DNA of 64,000 bases. Source: Candidatus Bathyarchaeota archaeon (GTDB lineage Archaea > Thermoproteota > Bathyarchaeia > Bathyarchaeales > Bathycorpusculaceae). Position numbers and translations under genes: made by a program. The stretch spans positions 1-64,000 of the forward strand of contig CAWHXY010000005.1 of assembly GCA_963833575.1 (NCBI GenBank), given 5' to 3'. The notes beneath the pieces are model-generated. The model had not been told where the DNA came from, searched no databases, and saw nothing but the letters and a program-made list of their open reading frames with translations. This document shows, piece after piece, positions 49,713 to 59,992 of the stretch (position 1 is its first letter; each line of letters begins with the position of its first letter).

Positions 49713-51139
49713 GTCATCATATCTACAAGCCTATGCTTGCAAAAGTTGCCCCCGATGCTTTTACAGATAAAGATTGGATATTTGAAATTAAATGGGACGG
49801 TTTCCGAGCCATCTCTTATGTTGACCAAGGGTTTAGCGTAAAAAGCCGCAATGGAAAGGAATTAAAACATAACTTTCCTGAACTTTCAGAACTAAAAAAG
49901 TTAGCTGGGAACATAGTTGTGGATGGCGAAATTGTTGTTATGCGCGACGGCAAGCCTGATTTCCAAACTTTACTGGAACGTGGTCAAGTAGTTTCTACTG
50001 GAGAAATCCAAAAGCAAACCCAACTGGCGCCCGCAACATATATTGTGTTTGATATTTTAGAAAAAGATGGAAAATCGTTGACTAAGTTGCCGTTGCTTGA
50101 GCGGAAAGAAATTTTGAAAGATTCTTTGAAAGAGAGTTCACACGTACTTCTTTCTGATTTTATTGAGGAGAAAGGTGAAGCTTATTATCAACTTGTGCTG
50201 GAGAAGGGCTTGGAAGGTGTGATGGCGAAGAAAAAGGATAGTCTATATGAGGAAGGTTTACGAACTGGAAGTTGGTTGAAAATTAAGAAATTAAAAACTT
50301 GTGACTGCGTAATTTTTGGGTACACGTTGGGAACACAATCGAGAGGAAAAACTTTTGGTGCATTACTTTTAGGTCTATACGATAAGGATAGCAAACCAGT
50401 TTATGTGGGTAAGGTTGGAACTGGATTCACTGGAAAAATGTTGGGATTTCTAATGTATAAGTTTGACAAATTAAAAGCAGATGTCGCACCTTTTATGCCA
50501 GAAGCCGGCGATAAGGTAACTTGGCTAGTTCCAAGGCTGGTTTGTGAAGTTGCTTATCAAGTTGTGACAAAGCATTTGAGGTTAAGAATGCCTCGTTTTA
50601 AAGGTTTACGAGATGATAAGTCGCCACAAGAATGCACAGTTGACCAAATAGTAGAAAACAAAAAAATGGATAAATCCGTAGGCGACAACCTCTCAGAGTA
50701 TGAGTCAAAACGTAATTTTCAGCAGACTCCTGAGCCAGCTGGCGGAGAGAAAAAAGGCGAAAATCTAATTTTTGTTGTGCAAGAACATCATGCTCGACGA
50801 CTTCATTACGACTTAAGGTTGGAAAAAGACGGTGTTTTGAAAAGTTGGGCCGTTCCAAAAGGAATCCCTGAAACGTCTGCGCAGCGATATCTGGCAGTGG
50901 AGACAGAAGATCATCCGTATGAGTACGCTAGTTTTGAAGGTTCAATTCCGCAAGGACAATATGGCGCTGGGACAGTAAAAATCTGGGATAAAGGACATTA
51001 CGAAACCAAGTTTTGGGACGAAAACAAAATTGAAGTTACGCTTAACGGCCAGAAGCTTAAAGGACGATATATTTTGGTATGGCTAAAAAGAGCTAAAGGC
51101 AAAGGGAAAAATTGGCTACTGTTCAAGGGTAAGGAATAA
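49709..51139 (+). CDS. ligD: ATP-dependent DNA ligase fused to LigD 3'-phosphoesterase
   Basis: PMLA, EIKWDGFR, DGEIV, FDIL, EGVMAK and GKVGTGF, followed by PE motifs KRNF..TPEP, QEHHARRLHYDLRLE, EDHP.EY and YGAGTV. Confidence 0.93.
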   Translation: MSHHIYKPMLAKVAPDAFTDKDWIFEIKWDGFRAISYVDQGFSVKSRNGKELKHNFPELSELKKLAGNIVVDGEIVVMRDGKPDFQTLLERGQVVSTGEIQKQTQLAPATYIVFDILEKDGKSLTKLPLLERKEILKDSLKESSHVLLSDFIEEKGEAYYQLVLEKGLEGVMAKKKDSLYEEGLRTGSWLKIKKLKTCDCVIFGYTLGTQSRGKTFGALLLGLYDKDSKPVYVGKVGTGFTGKMLGFLMYKFDKLKADVAPFMPEAGDKVTWLVPRLVCEVAYQVVTKHLRLRMPRFKGLRDDKSPQECTVDQIVENKKMDKSVGDNLSEYESKRNFQQTPEPAGGEKKGENLIFVVQEHHARRLHYDLRLEKDGVLKSWAVPKGIPETSAQRYLAVETEDHPYEYASFEGSIPQGQYGAGTVKIWDKGHYETKFWDENKIEVTLNGQKLKGRYILVWLKRAKGKGKNWLLFKGKE

Positions 51140-51140
51140 T

Positions 51141-51884
51141 ATGCTTTCTTTTCATTTAGGAACGATAGGTTGGAGCTACACTTTCTGGAAAGGCAATTTT
51201 TACCCATACAAGACTGCTTCCAGGGATTTTTTGTCTTATTACGCGACCAAATTTGACACAGTTGAAGTTGACAGCACATTCTATAGAATCCCAACAGAGC
51301 AAGCCATAACCAACTGGAAAAATCAAACGCCAAAAAACTTCCTGTTTTCCCTCAAATTCCCCCGCATAATAACTCACATCAAAATGCTTAAAGATTGTGA
51401 GCGTGAAACTAACATTTTTCTTGAAAGAACAAAATTGCTTGAAGAAAAACTTGGGGCTTTGCTACTGCAGTTTCCCCCAACTTTTGGAATTAATCACTTA
51501 AATGATTTGAACGATTTCTTGCGTAAACTTCCTATACAGAACCGTTATGTGGTTGAGGTCCGAGACGAAGCGTTCAACAAGGAAGAGTTTTATTCAGTTT
51601 TAAGAGCTAACAATGTTGCTTTAGCGTGGGTTGACAGCCCCAATATGCCTCAGCTTGAAGAAGTAACTTCTGATTTTTTATATGTTAGATGGGAAGGTGA
51701 CCGAAGCAAAGTTAAAGGTACTTTGGGCAAAATAGAAGCTGATATCGAAGAGAGCTTGAAGATATGGGCAAACAAACTAAAGCCTTTCCTGAACCATCAA
51801 AGACATCTTTTCGGCTACTTCGGCAAATATTACTCAGGGTACCCTCCTTCAGACATATATTCGCTTTTAAAGCTCTTAGCTTAA
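51141..51884 (+). CDS. DUF72 domain protein
   Basis: GTIGWSY..W.G.FYP, VEVDSTFY, K.PR.ITH, LLQFPP, VEVR and YVRWEG. Confidence 0.9.
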   Translation: MLSFHLGTIGWSYTFWKGNFYPYKTASRDFLSYYATKFDTVEVDSTFYRIPTEQAITNWKNQTPKNFLFSLKFPRIITHIKMLKDCERETNIFLERTKLLEEKLGALLLQFPPTFGINHLNDLNDFLRKLPIQNRYVVEVRDEAFNKEEFYSVLRANNVALAWVDSPNMPQLEEVTSDFLYVRWEGDRSKVKGTLGKIEADIEESLKIWANKLKPFLNHQRHLFGYFGKYYSGYPPSDIYSLLKLLA

Positions 51885-51906
51885 TACTATTTTACAATAA
51901 GAAACC

Positions 51907-52536
51907 TTGGAGCAGAAAAATATGTTTTTTAAACAGATTCAACAGCACGGCGACAACTTTTCCTATGTAATAGCCGATGAAAAAGCAAAAGAAGCTGCAG
52001 TAGTAGATTCAAGCTTTAACTCAAGTGCAATAATTGAGCTTCTAAAAAATAATAAATTCAATTTGAAATACGTAATAAACACCCATGGACATTCAGACCA
52101 TACCGCTGGTAACGATGAATTAACTTCTGCTTTTGGCGCGAAAATAGTTGCGTATAACGTGTCAAAGGTTAACTTTGATATTGCAGTGTCGGACGGAGAC
52201 GTATTGACTGTTGGCAAAATCTCGTTAAAAGTTATTTACACTCCTGGCCATACAATAGACAGTATTTGCTTGCTGGTCGACAACAAGAAACTGTTAACTG
52301 GTGACACTTTATTTGTTGGCGAATGTGGAAGAACAGACTTTTCAGGGGGCAACACCAAAAGCATGTATGACAGCTTGTTTAATAAATTGTCAAAAATAAA
52401 TGATGATGTGGAAGTTTACCCAGGCCACGATTATGGCGTCAAGCCTTCTTCAACTATAGGTGAAGAAAAAAAATCAAATTATACATTGCAGCCCAGAAGC
52501 ATCGAAGGTTTTATTGACTTTATGAATTCTCCTTAG
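51907..52536 (+). CDS. MBL-fold hydrolase (glyoxalase II / ETHE1-like)
   Basis: THGHSDHTAG, TPGHT, TGDTLF..CGRTD and YPGHDY. Confidence 0.9.
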   Translation: MEQKNMFFKQIQQHGDNFSYVIADEKAKEAAVVDSSFNSSAIIELLKNNKFNLKYVINTHGHSDHTAGNDELTSAFGAKIVAYNVSKVNFDIAVSDGDVLTVGKISLKVIYTPGHTIDSICLLVDNKKLLTGDTLFVGECGRTDFSGGNTKSMYDSLFNKLSKINDDVEVYPGHDYGVKPSSTIGEEKKSNYTLQPRSIEGFIDFMNSP

Positions 52537-52905
52537 GTCATTTGTTTATGCTTCCAGTTGATAAGTTTCATGATTTCTTTTTCATGCCAATAACGCTCTA
52601 ATTTGGTTGAATTTCATTTCCGTATTCACAAAATGAATCTGGTTTATTCAGATACTTTTTTATGGAGTCGTTCTAACCTATAGCTTAATAACTATCCGTT
52701 CAATAGGTGAACAAAACTTAAAAGGTATAAATACGCATAAGTGAGCTGTAGTTGAAATGCTTTCGTCTCTGGTGGCAAAGCCCGTTTTGCTAAATTTAAA
52801 GGCTATTCTCCGCTTCTGGGTAAATGCTTTATCAGAGATATTTTATGCAGTCCAATCCATCAAACCGATATTTTTAGTGCTTGGAAAATCAATTGAGGCT
52901 AGTAA

Positions 52906-54150
52906 ATGATAATTACAGATGTAATTTCGTTTATTTTGCTTTCAATTCTGCTGTTTTGGACTGTCTACAACGGCTCAATTATTTACGTTGGTGTAAGAAG
53001 CAGACGTAAGCTTGCTGTTGCCTATGCTGAAAATACTGAAGTTCCAAAGTTTTCCATTATCGTGCCAACTAAGGATGAAGAACTAGTTATTAGTCGTTGC
53101 TTAACAGGCCTTCTTGATTTGGATTATCCTAAAGAAAAAATGGAAATAATTGTCGTTGATGGAAATTCCACGGATGAAACACGCAATATATGTTCAAGAT
53201 TCGCGCAGAAATATGGAGATATAATTAAGGTGGTTAATGAAGAAGAATCAAAAGGTAAACCTGCGGCTCTAAATCTTGCAATGCATTATGTGACAGGTGA
53301 GATCGTTGGAGTTTTTGACGCTGACAGCGTTCCTGAAAAAGATGTTCTAAAGAAGGTAGCATCACGCTTTATCGATAAACAGGTAATGGCCGTTCAAGGA
53401 AGAACTACCTCGCTAAACGAAAAAAATAACATATTAACACGCGTTATCTCATCCGAAGAGAAAGCTTGGTTCCAAGCGCTGCTTAGCGGAAGAGAACACT
53501 TGCAATTATTCATTCCATTAAATGGAAGTTGCCAATTTATTCGTCGCAACATCTTAGAAGAGATGGATGGGTGGGATGAAAATTCGCTTACAGAAGACGT
53601 AGAACTAGCACTACGTCTCGTTGAGAAAAAGCACTTAATAAGATATGCAGCTGAAGTCTGTTCGAGACAAGAAACACCGAACGGTTTGAAGGACTTGGTC
53701 AAGCAGCGGGTCCGTTGGTATAGAGGCTACATGGAGACGGCACTAAAATATGGGCGACTTCTCGACAGTCTAAACAAAAGAACAGTAGATGCAGAAATTT
53801 CCATGGCTGGACCCTTCATGATGGTTGTCTCATTGCTCAGCTACATAAATTGGTTCTTTATCATGTTATTCTTTTCATCAACCAATCCAATAATTGGGTT
53901 CACCGGAATAGTGATAGCCTTAACAGCAGTCTCACTATTTTCAATTGGAATTGGATTAACCGCATCTGAGAAACCTATTAAACTTAGAAATCTTTTCTGG
54001 ATACCATCAATTTACATTTATTGGCTGCTTCAAATGTGCATTGCAGGATGGGCTTTCCTAAAATTAATATTTAGAAGCAAAAGAGTCTGGAGTAAAACAA
54101 TCAAAAAGGGCTTCGTTACATCAAGTTCAGGACAGACTTTGCCTCTGTAA
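52906..54150 (+). CDS. processive-type GT2 glycosyltransferase (cellulose synthase-like)
   Basis: DG.S.D, KPAALN, DAD, TED and QRVRW, with flanking TMs. Confidence 0.9.
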   Translation: MIITDVISFILLSILLFWTVYNGSIIYVGVRSRRKLAVAYAENTEVPKFSIIVPTKDEELVISRCLTGLLDLDYPKEKMEIIVVDGNSTDETRNICSRFAQKYGDIIKVVNEEESKGKPAALNLAMHYVTGEIVGVFDADSVPEKDVLKKVASRFIDKQVMAVQGRTTSLNEKNNILTRVISSEEKAWFQALLSGREHLQLFIPLNGSCQFIRRNILEEMDGWDENSLTEDVELALRLVEKKHLIRYAAEVCSRQETPNGLKDLVKQRVRWYRGYMETALKYGRLLDSLNKRTVDAEISMAGPFMMVVSLLSYINWFFIMLFFSSTNPIIGFTGIVIALTAVSLFSIGIGLTASEKPIKLRNLFWIPSIYIYWLLQMCIAGWAFLKLIFRSKRVWSKTIKKGFVTSSSGQTLPL

Positions 54151-54340
54151 ATTAACGGCACTAAATTATTTATTCTAACAATCCTATTTCATAGTTCAAC
54201 TCTAAAACAAATAACCGTAGACTTTTGATAATCTTCTTGCCGAAATATCCATCTTTTTACAGGCGCAAGGCATTTTAGGCATGCAACCAAAGTTTAATAA
54301 TCTAAGTCTATAAATTGCATGAAGCTTTGGAGAATAAAAA

Positions 54341-55867
54341 TTGGTTGATGTTCTTAATCGTAATCCATTAAAGGATTTGATTAGTCAAAATCGGGATATT
54401 ATTTTACTCGTTCTTGCATTTCTTATACCGCTATTTGTAAGGACGATACCCGAGATTTTAATGGGTCCTTACATCATCGGCTTCGATACCTTGGGCTTTT
54501 ATGTTCCAAACGCTCTTCTTTGGCTACATGGCGGTTTAAGTTTATGGGGATTTCTTTCAGTCGCGCCTCTATTCTACGCGATCTTTATGTCATTAGTTGC
54601 TATTGGCGCATCGCCAGTCTTTGTGCTTAAGATAATTTCGCCATTGTTGCTCGGTTTCTTAGGATTGTCAATTTTTGTATATGCCAAGAAAGGTTTGTGT
54701 TGGTCGTCTCCAAAGAGTACATTTGTTGCTCTTTTAGGAACACTTTATTTTGTAGCTTTAAGAGCCTCTTGGGATCAACTTCGAGAAGAAACCGGTTTGG
54801 TTTTGTTTTTTGTTGTCCTTACATTATTGGTCATCAATCGGAAAGGTAATTCTTGGAAAAGCTATGTTCTCCTTTCTTTAGCGATGATGGCAGTGGTTTT
54901 ATCTCATCAGCTTATCTCAGTTCTCATGTTTGGTGTAGTTATTTCTATAGTTGCTTATGGTTTGCATTGTAAGGATTTTGTTAGATCAATTGATCTGATT
55001 TTGTGTTCTTTGCCTGCCGAGATTTATTTTATCATAGTTTATTTAAGTGGTGTAGCACAGTCTGGTATTCTTGGTTACTCAACAAACGCATCACCTTTAG
55101 CCACTTGGACCGGTTTTGCTTCCTATCAATCCATGTTGATAAGTGAAGGAGGGTTCTTTTTATATTGTTTTTTACCTTTGCTACCATTACTGGTGATTGG
55201 ACTTTGGAGATTTGGGAATCTTCAGCTTAGGTCATGGTTACTTTTGAGTTTTATTTTGTTGCTTGTTCCACTTGGTTCTGTAAGTCCTTATCGTTGGGTC
55301 TTATTGCTTACATTTCCATTTGCCTTCTTTACAACGGACTGTCTTAGCAAGCTTAAGTCAATTAAATGGAAGCGTTTCAAGTTAACCATTCATAAAATTG
55401 CAGTATTGTACCTTGTCTTGTCAACGAGTATTCTTAGCTTTGGCTTCATTTTTATGACTTCTGAAAACCCTTTTTTTTACTTTAATCCAAACTATCTTAA
55501 TAAATTCGAATATCAAATTCCCACATCAATGTTGCAGAATACGATTTCGATAATCGATTGTCATGACACAGTCAAGACATTGGAGTGGTACAGAGATAAC
55601 ACAAATGGCAATGCAATTTTGCTTACGCATACAGTATTTTATGGTTGGGCATTGCTAACACTGAATGAGACTCAGATTAAGAACTACGGATTTGACAATC
55701 CAGTTGATGCCATGACAGCAGCCGCTAAAGGAGGCAATGCGGAGCTATATCTTATATGGTGGACAAATGGTCAAGGCTGGTATGCACAGCCGACTTTGCC
55801 GCCTTCTTTTCATGAAGTTTTCCAAAGTGGAAGGATTGCAATTTATGACTATAACTCAAGTGCCTGA
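54341..55867 (+). CDS. polytopic membrane protein, possible GT-C glycosyltransferase
   Basis: PY.IGFDT..Y after TM1, about 12 TMs and a C-terminal extracellular domain. Confidence 0.65.
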   Translation: MVDVLNRNPLKDLISQNRDIILLVLAFLIPLFVRTIPEILMGPYIIGFDTLGFYVPNALLWLHGGLSLWGFLSVAPLFYAIFMSLVAIGASPVFVLKIISPLLLGFLGLSIFVYAKKGLCWSSPKSTFVALLGTLYFVALRASWDQLREETGLVLFFVVLTLLVINRKGNSWKSYVLLSLAMMAVVLSHQLISVLMFGVVISIVAYGLHCKDFVRSIDLILCSLPAEIYFIIVYLSGVAQSGILGYSTNASPLATWTGFASYQSMLISEGGFFLYCFLPLLPLLVIGLWRFGNLQLRSWLLLSFILLLVPLGSVSPYRWVLLLTFPFAFFTTDCLSKLKSIKWKRFKLTIHKIAVLYLVLSTSILSFGFIFMTSENPFFYFNPNYLNKFEYQIPTSMLQNTISIIDCHDTVKTLEWYRDNTNGNAILLTHTVFYGWALLTLNETQIKNYGFDNPVDAMTAAAKGGNAELYLIWWTNGQGWYAQPTLPPSFHEVFQSGRIAIYDYNSSA

Positions 55868-56042
55868 AGCCTTCAGAATTGCTAATTTTAAGAAGGCGTA
55901 ATTCATGGGAAAAATTTGATCCATTTCTTTTCATTTTGCTCTAAATCTCAAGGAAGATAATTCCAATTTGTATGAATAATTCATAAATACTTACAAAACT
56001 GGCTATACTAAATACAACGGCATGTAATAAGGAAACAAAATA

Positions 56043-56438
56043 ATGTCTAAAGCCAACTACAGTTGTGATGGTTTCAACTTCCTTAATAAAAAACAATTGA
56101 TAAGATTCAAATCTAAAGCTATGCGTTCTGGCGCGTGGTTCAAAGCTTTGCAAAGTATAGATAGAATACTCTTTGATTTAACGATAAGAGTTGTAGGCGG
56201 TATTCGAAGTGCCAAGTTAGCTAAAAGCATACTCTCGCTCATAAGGAAGTTAGGAAAATATTCTGGAAGTAGTTTTTCTAATCGTCTGAGGACTATGGGT
56301 TTGCCGCTATCTAAGAAAATAAGTTTAGTTGCGCAAAGCCTAGGTAACCCTTCAGCTAGCAGTTGGATGTTTGACCCTTCCTTTTCAGTTTTCTTGGCTA
56401 TTTTGAAGTTTAATAGTAATGGAATACGGAAATCTTGA
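56043..56438 (+). CDS. basic hypothetical protein
   Basis: K.KAMRSG.WFKAL..IDR..FDLTI; located within the glycosylation cluster. Confidence 0.6.
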   Translation: MSKANYSCDGFNFLNKKQLIRFKSKAMRSGAWFKALQSIDRILFDLTIRVVGGIRSAKLAKSILSLIRKLGKYSGSSFSNRLRTMGLPLSKKISLVAQSLGNPSASSWMFDPSFSVFLAILKFNSNGIRKS

Positions 56439-56542
56439 ATTCACCCGTCGGCATGAATCGCAAAACGTTAAATTTCATCAGATTATGGCAAATGTTAAAT
56501 TCTGTGATTTGCTTTTTAGCTATATAATGTTGCCTTTGAAAC

Positions 56543-56794
56543 ATGAATAAAATTGGACTTAATACGATTATGTCTGAGATTAAAGTATACGTTAAGGAGA
56601 ATTGGGGCTCTCCCTTCATATTTGTATTTATGGTACTGTTGATCAGCACTGCTTCTTTCTTATCGGCTGGCTTGTCTTCCTTAGCGGATGCTGTAGCAGT
56701 TTATGCCTATTGCTTCTTGGTTGTTGGGGTCTTTCTTCAACTTGCTTGCTTTCTAAAGTATCGAAAGAGAAGCGATGATGAGGTAGTTTTTTGA
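56543..56794 (+). CDS. small two-TM membrane protein
   Basis: ENWGSPF..., A...AVYAY..LVVGV.LQL; overlaps the next gene. Confidence 0.65.
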   Translation: MNKIGLNTIMSEIKVYVKENWGSPFIFVFMVLLISTASFLSAGLSSLADAVAVYAYCFLVVGVFLQLACFLKYRKRSDDEVVF

Positions 56795-57567
56795 TGGAAC
56801 GAGTTGAATTGTCTTTTGTAATTCCTGCGTACAATGAGGAAAACTTTATTGAGGATACGCTTGAAACGATCGATTCAGTTATAAAAGATAAGAAAGTGCC
56901 ATATGAAATTGTGGTAGTAGATGATGGCAGCAGAGATGATACTTTAGCAAAAGCAAAGAAATACGCTGGGCTAAATGGTCATGTCAAAGTAGTAAGTTAC
57001 AGGAAGAATGTGGGAAAAGGTCATGCAATAAAGACTGGTTTCATGCTAACTAAGGGTAACGTGGTGATTTTCACTGACGGAGATATGGAAATCGACTTGA
57101 GAACTATTTCTAAATATCTTGAGGCTCTGAGACACGGTGATATTGTAATTGCTTCTAAACAACATGTGGATTCAAGAGTGGACGTACCTATATCTCGAAA
57201 GATTTTGAGCGAAAGCTTCAACGGTTTAGTTCGCTTTCTTACTGGTGTTCCTCTCAAAGATACCCAATCTGGGCTTAAAGCGATGAGGAAGAGCGCTTTT
57301 ATCAACGTTTTCCCACGATTGGCAGTTAAACGTTATGCTTTTGATGTTGAGCTGCTGGCTGTCGCAAACCTTTATGGTTTGAAAGTTGTGGAGATGCCGG
57401 TAAGCATTAAATTAGATGCTTCGTTTAAGCCAAGAGAGATGTGGCACATGTTTGTTGATTTGCTTGGGATAGCGTACAGGCTTAGAGTTATTCATTGGTA
57501 TCAGCGTCCGCTTCCCGAGAAAAACAGTTTTCAAAGTATGGTTTCGCTTATTCTTCGTGAAAATTGA
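56791..57567 (+). CDS. GT2 glycosyltransferase (Dol-P-Glc synthase-like)
   Basis: IPAYNEE, DDGSRD, GKG.A, DGD, DTQSG.K and AFDVELL. Confidence 0.9.
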   Translation: MMERVELSFVIPAYNEENFIEDTLETIDSVIKDKKVPYEIVVVDDGSRDDTLAKAKKYAGLNGHVKVVSYRKNVGKGHAIKTGFMLTKGNVVIFTDGDMEIDLRTISKYLEALRHGDIVIASKQHVDSRVDVPISRKILSESFNGLVRFLTGVPLKDTQSGLKAMRKSAFINVFPRLAVKRYAFDVELLAVANLYGLKVVEMPVSIKLDASFKPREMWHMFVDLLGIAYRLRVIHWYQRPLPEKNSFQSMVSLILREN

Positions 57568-58523
57568 TGTCTTCAGAGAGACTTGTTTCAATTATCATAC
57601 CCTGTAAAGATGTGGATAGTTACACTATTGAGTGTATCAAATATTGTAAACTCTTGGACTATTCAAATTTTGAGATAATATTGTTACCTGATCATTCCGC
57701 CAAATCTATTGAGGGAGTTAGAATAATAAGCACTGGACCAGAGTCGCCAGGCGTCAAACGTAATGTAGGCGTCAAGAACTCAAATGGCCAATTTTGTGCT
57801 TTTATTGATAACGACGCTTTTCCTCGAAGTGACTGGTTGACTAATGCAATGAAATATTTTGAGAATCAAGAAGTTGGCGGCGTAGGAGGACCTGGATTAA
57901 CACCTGAAACGGACAACTTTATGCAGAAAGCTGGCGGATACGTCTTATCCTCGTTTATGGTCGGTAACTTAACTAGTAGATATAGAACCGAGAGTTGTTT
58001 TGAGTCTGATGATATTCACTCATGTAATTTCATCGCTGAAAAATCAACAATTGAAGAGGCAGGTGGTTGGAACGAAAAATACTGGCCTGGCGAGGACACT
58101 CTAATGTGTTTGGCAATTATGAAGCTTCACAAAAAACTCATTGAATCATCGGAAGTAATTGTTTATCATCATCGACGATCACTTTTTAAGCCACACCTGA
58201 AGCAAGTTTCAAGATTTGGGGAACATAGAGGGTTCTTTACCAAAAAGTTTCCAGAAAACTCTGCTAAACTGACATACTTCGTTCCAACCCTTCTTCTTTT
58301 TTCACTCATTATTGGGATTACATTATCTGTGGTCTTTTCTTTCTTTATTTACATCTTACTTCTTGGAGTAGCACTATACCTTGTCTTAAGCTTAATTGCA
58401 GCCGCGTTGCAAGTTAGAAATATGAAAATGCTTCTCTCGGTATGGTTCGGCATAATAGTAACACATATCATCTACGGCTCTTTCTTCCTATCCGGTTTGA
58501 TTAAGCGTGATCTGAAAAGATGA
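57564..58523 (+). CDS. GT2 glycosyltransferase with C-terminal TMs
   Basis: VSIIIP, RN.G, FIDND, GGW and GED. Confidence 0.88.
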   Translation: MMSSERLVSIIIPCKDVDSYTIECIKYCKLLDYSNFEIILLPDHSAKSIEGVRIISTGPESPGVKRNVGVKNSNGQFCAFIDNDAFPRSDWLTNAMKYFENQEVGGVGGPGLTPETDNFMQKAGGYVLSSFMVGNLTSRYRTESCFESDDIHSCNFIAEKSTIEEAGGWNEKYWPGEDTLMCLAIMKLHKKLIESSEVIVYHHRRSLFKPHLKQVSRFGEHRGFFTKKFPENSAKLTYFVPTLLLFSLIIGITLSVVFSFFIYILLLGVALYLVLSLIAAALQVRNMKMLLSVWFGIIVTHIIYGSFFLSGLIKRDLKR

Positions 58524-59992
58524 AAATCAGTATCTCTTACCCGCCGATACATTCAGAAAAAGGAATTCCGCTCTTGTCCCAGAACCGCCAGTTCCAATAC
58601 TTTCAATCGCCAACTTACATATATCCAGTTGTTCCTGCCTTTGCAGCAACCTTGTTGAAGAATGCTGGTTACGATGTGGTTTGGGACGATGGCATTGCAC
58701 AAGAGAAAACTTACAAACAGTGGCTAATCGATGTCGAACAAACCAATCCTGATATTATCATGATTGAGACTAAAACTCCAGTTGTTAAGAAGCACTGGTC
58801 CATAATTCGCGAACTAAAAGAGATTCTTCCTAAATCAAGGGTTGTTTTGGTTGGGGATCATGTCACTGCTTTGCCATTGGAGTCTATGGAACAGAGTATT
58901 GTTGACTTTATTCTGACTGGTGGAGACTACGATTTTCTAATACTAAATCTAGTTGATTTCCTAAATGGCAAATCCAAACAGTTAGAACCTGGGATTTGGT
59001 ATAGAGAAATCAATACAATAAAAAGCACTGGGCAATTCAAGTTAAATCACAGTTTGGACGATTTACCACACATTAATCGTGACTTAACTCAGTGGCAGCT
59101 TTACAACGAGCGAAACGGCAACTTCAAGGTTATCCCAGGCACTTACACAATGGCAGGTCGCGACTGTTGGTGGCGAAAAGACGGGGGTTGCACCTTTTGT
59201 TCTTGGCCTACTTTATATCCTACTTTCAGAGTGATGAAGCCTGAGCGTTTGGCAGATGAAATTGGGTTATTAATTGGGCATTATGGAGTAAAATCGGTTT
59301 TTGATGACACTGGCTGTTTTCCTGCAGGAGAATGGCTCAGACACTTCGCCAACCTAATGATAGACCGTGGATATAACAGAAAAGTCCAGTTCAGTTGCAA
59401 CATGCGATTTGGAGCCCTCTCACGCGAGGATTATCGTTTAATTAAGCGAGCAGGTTTCAGAATGCTTCTTTTCGGCGTGGAATCTGGAAGCCAAGCTACT
59501 CTTGATCGCCTTAACAAAGGAACAAAAATAAATGATATCATTAATGATTGTAGAATACCTCGAGAAGAAGGATTAGAACCGCACATTACAATTATGGTGG
59601 GTTATCCGTGGGAAACGCGCCAAGATGCGCTAAGAACTTTGAATGTTGCCAAAACCATGATGCTTAAAGGCTGGGCTGTTACCTTGCAATCTACCGTTGT
59701 TATTCCTTATCCGGGGAGTAAATTATATGCTGAAGCGTTAAAGAATGGTTGGTTCCGAGTTGACCCTAAAGATTATGAGCGTTTTGATATGAAAGAGCCA
59801 GTTATGACTACACCCGACATGACGCCTGAAGAAGTAATGAAGCTATGTGACGAAATTTACAAGGTGTTTTTGACACCGCAATATATGCTTAAACAGCTTG
59901 TTCGAATACGATCGTTAAGAGATTTTAGATACTCAGTTAAGGGTGCGGCAAAAGTTTTGGGACACGTGAAGGATTTTGGAAAAAACAAGTAG
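58520..59992 (+). CDS. B12-binding-domain radical SAM protein
   Basis: N-terminal cobalamin-binding-like region (LVGDHVT, GDYD), GRDCWWRKDGGCTFC, GVESGSQ..L..LNKG, MVGYPWET and PYPGS.LY. Confidence 0.85.
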   Translation: MKISISYPPIHSEKGIPLLSQNRQFQYFQSPTYIYPVVPAFAATLLKNAGYDVVWDDGIAQEKTYKQWLIDVEQTNPDIIMIETKTPVVKKHWSIIRELKEILPKSRVVLVGDHVTALPLESMEQSIVDFILTGGDYDFLILNLVDFLNGKSKQLEPGIWYREINTIKSTGQFKLNHSLDDLPHINRDLTQWQLYNERNGNFKVIPGTYTMAGRDCWWRKDGGCTFCSWPTLYPTFRVMKPERLADEIGLLIGHYGVKSVFDDTGCFPAGEWLRHFANLMIDRGYNRKVQFSCNMRFGALSREDYRLIKRAGFRMLLFGVESGSQATLDRLNKGTKINDIINDCRIPREEGLEPHITIMVGYPWETRQDALRTLNVAKTMMLKGWAVTLQSTVVIPYPGSKLYAEALKNGWFRVDPKDYERFDMKEPVMTTPDMTPEEVMKLCDEIYKVFLTPQYMLKQLVRIRSLRDFRYSVKGAAKVLGHVKDFGKNK

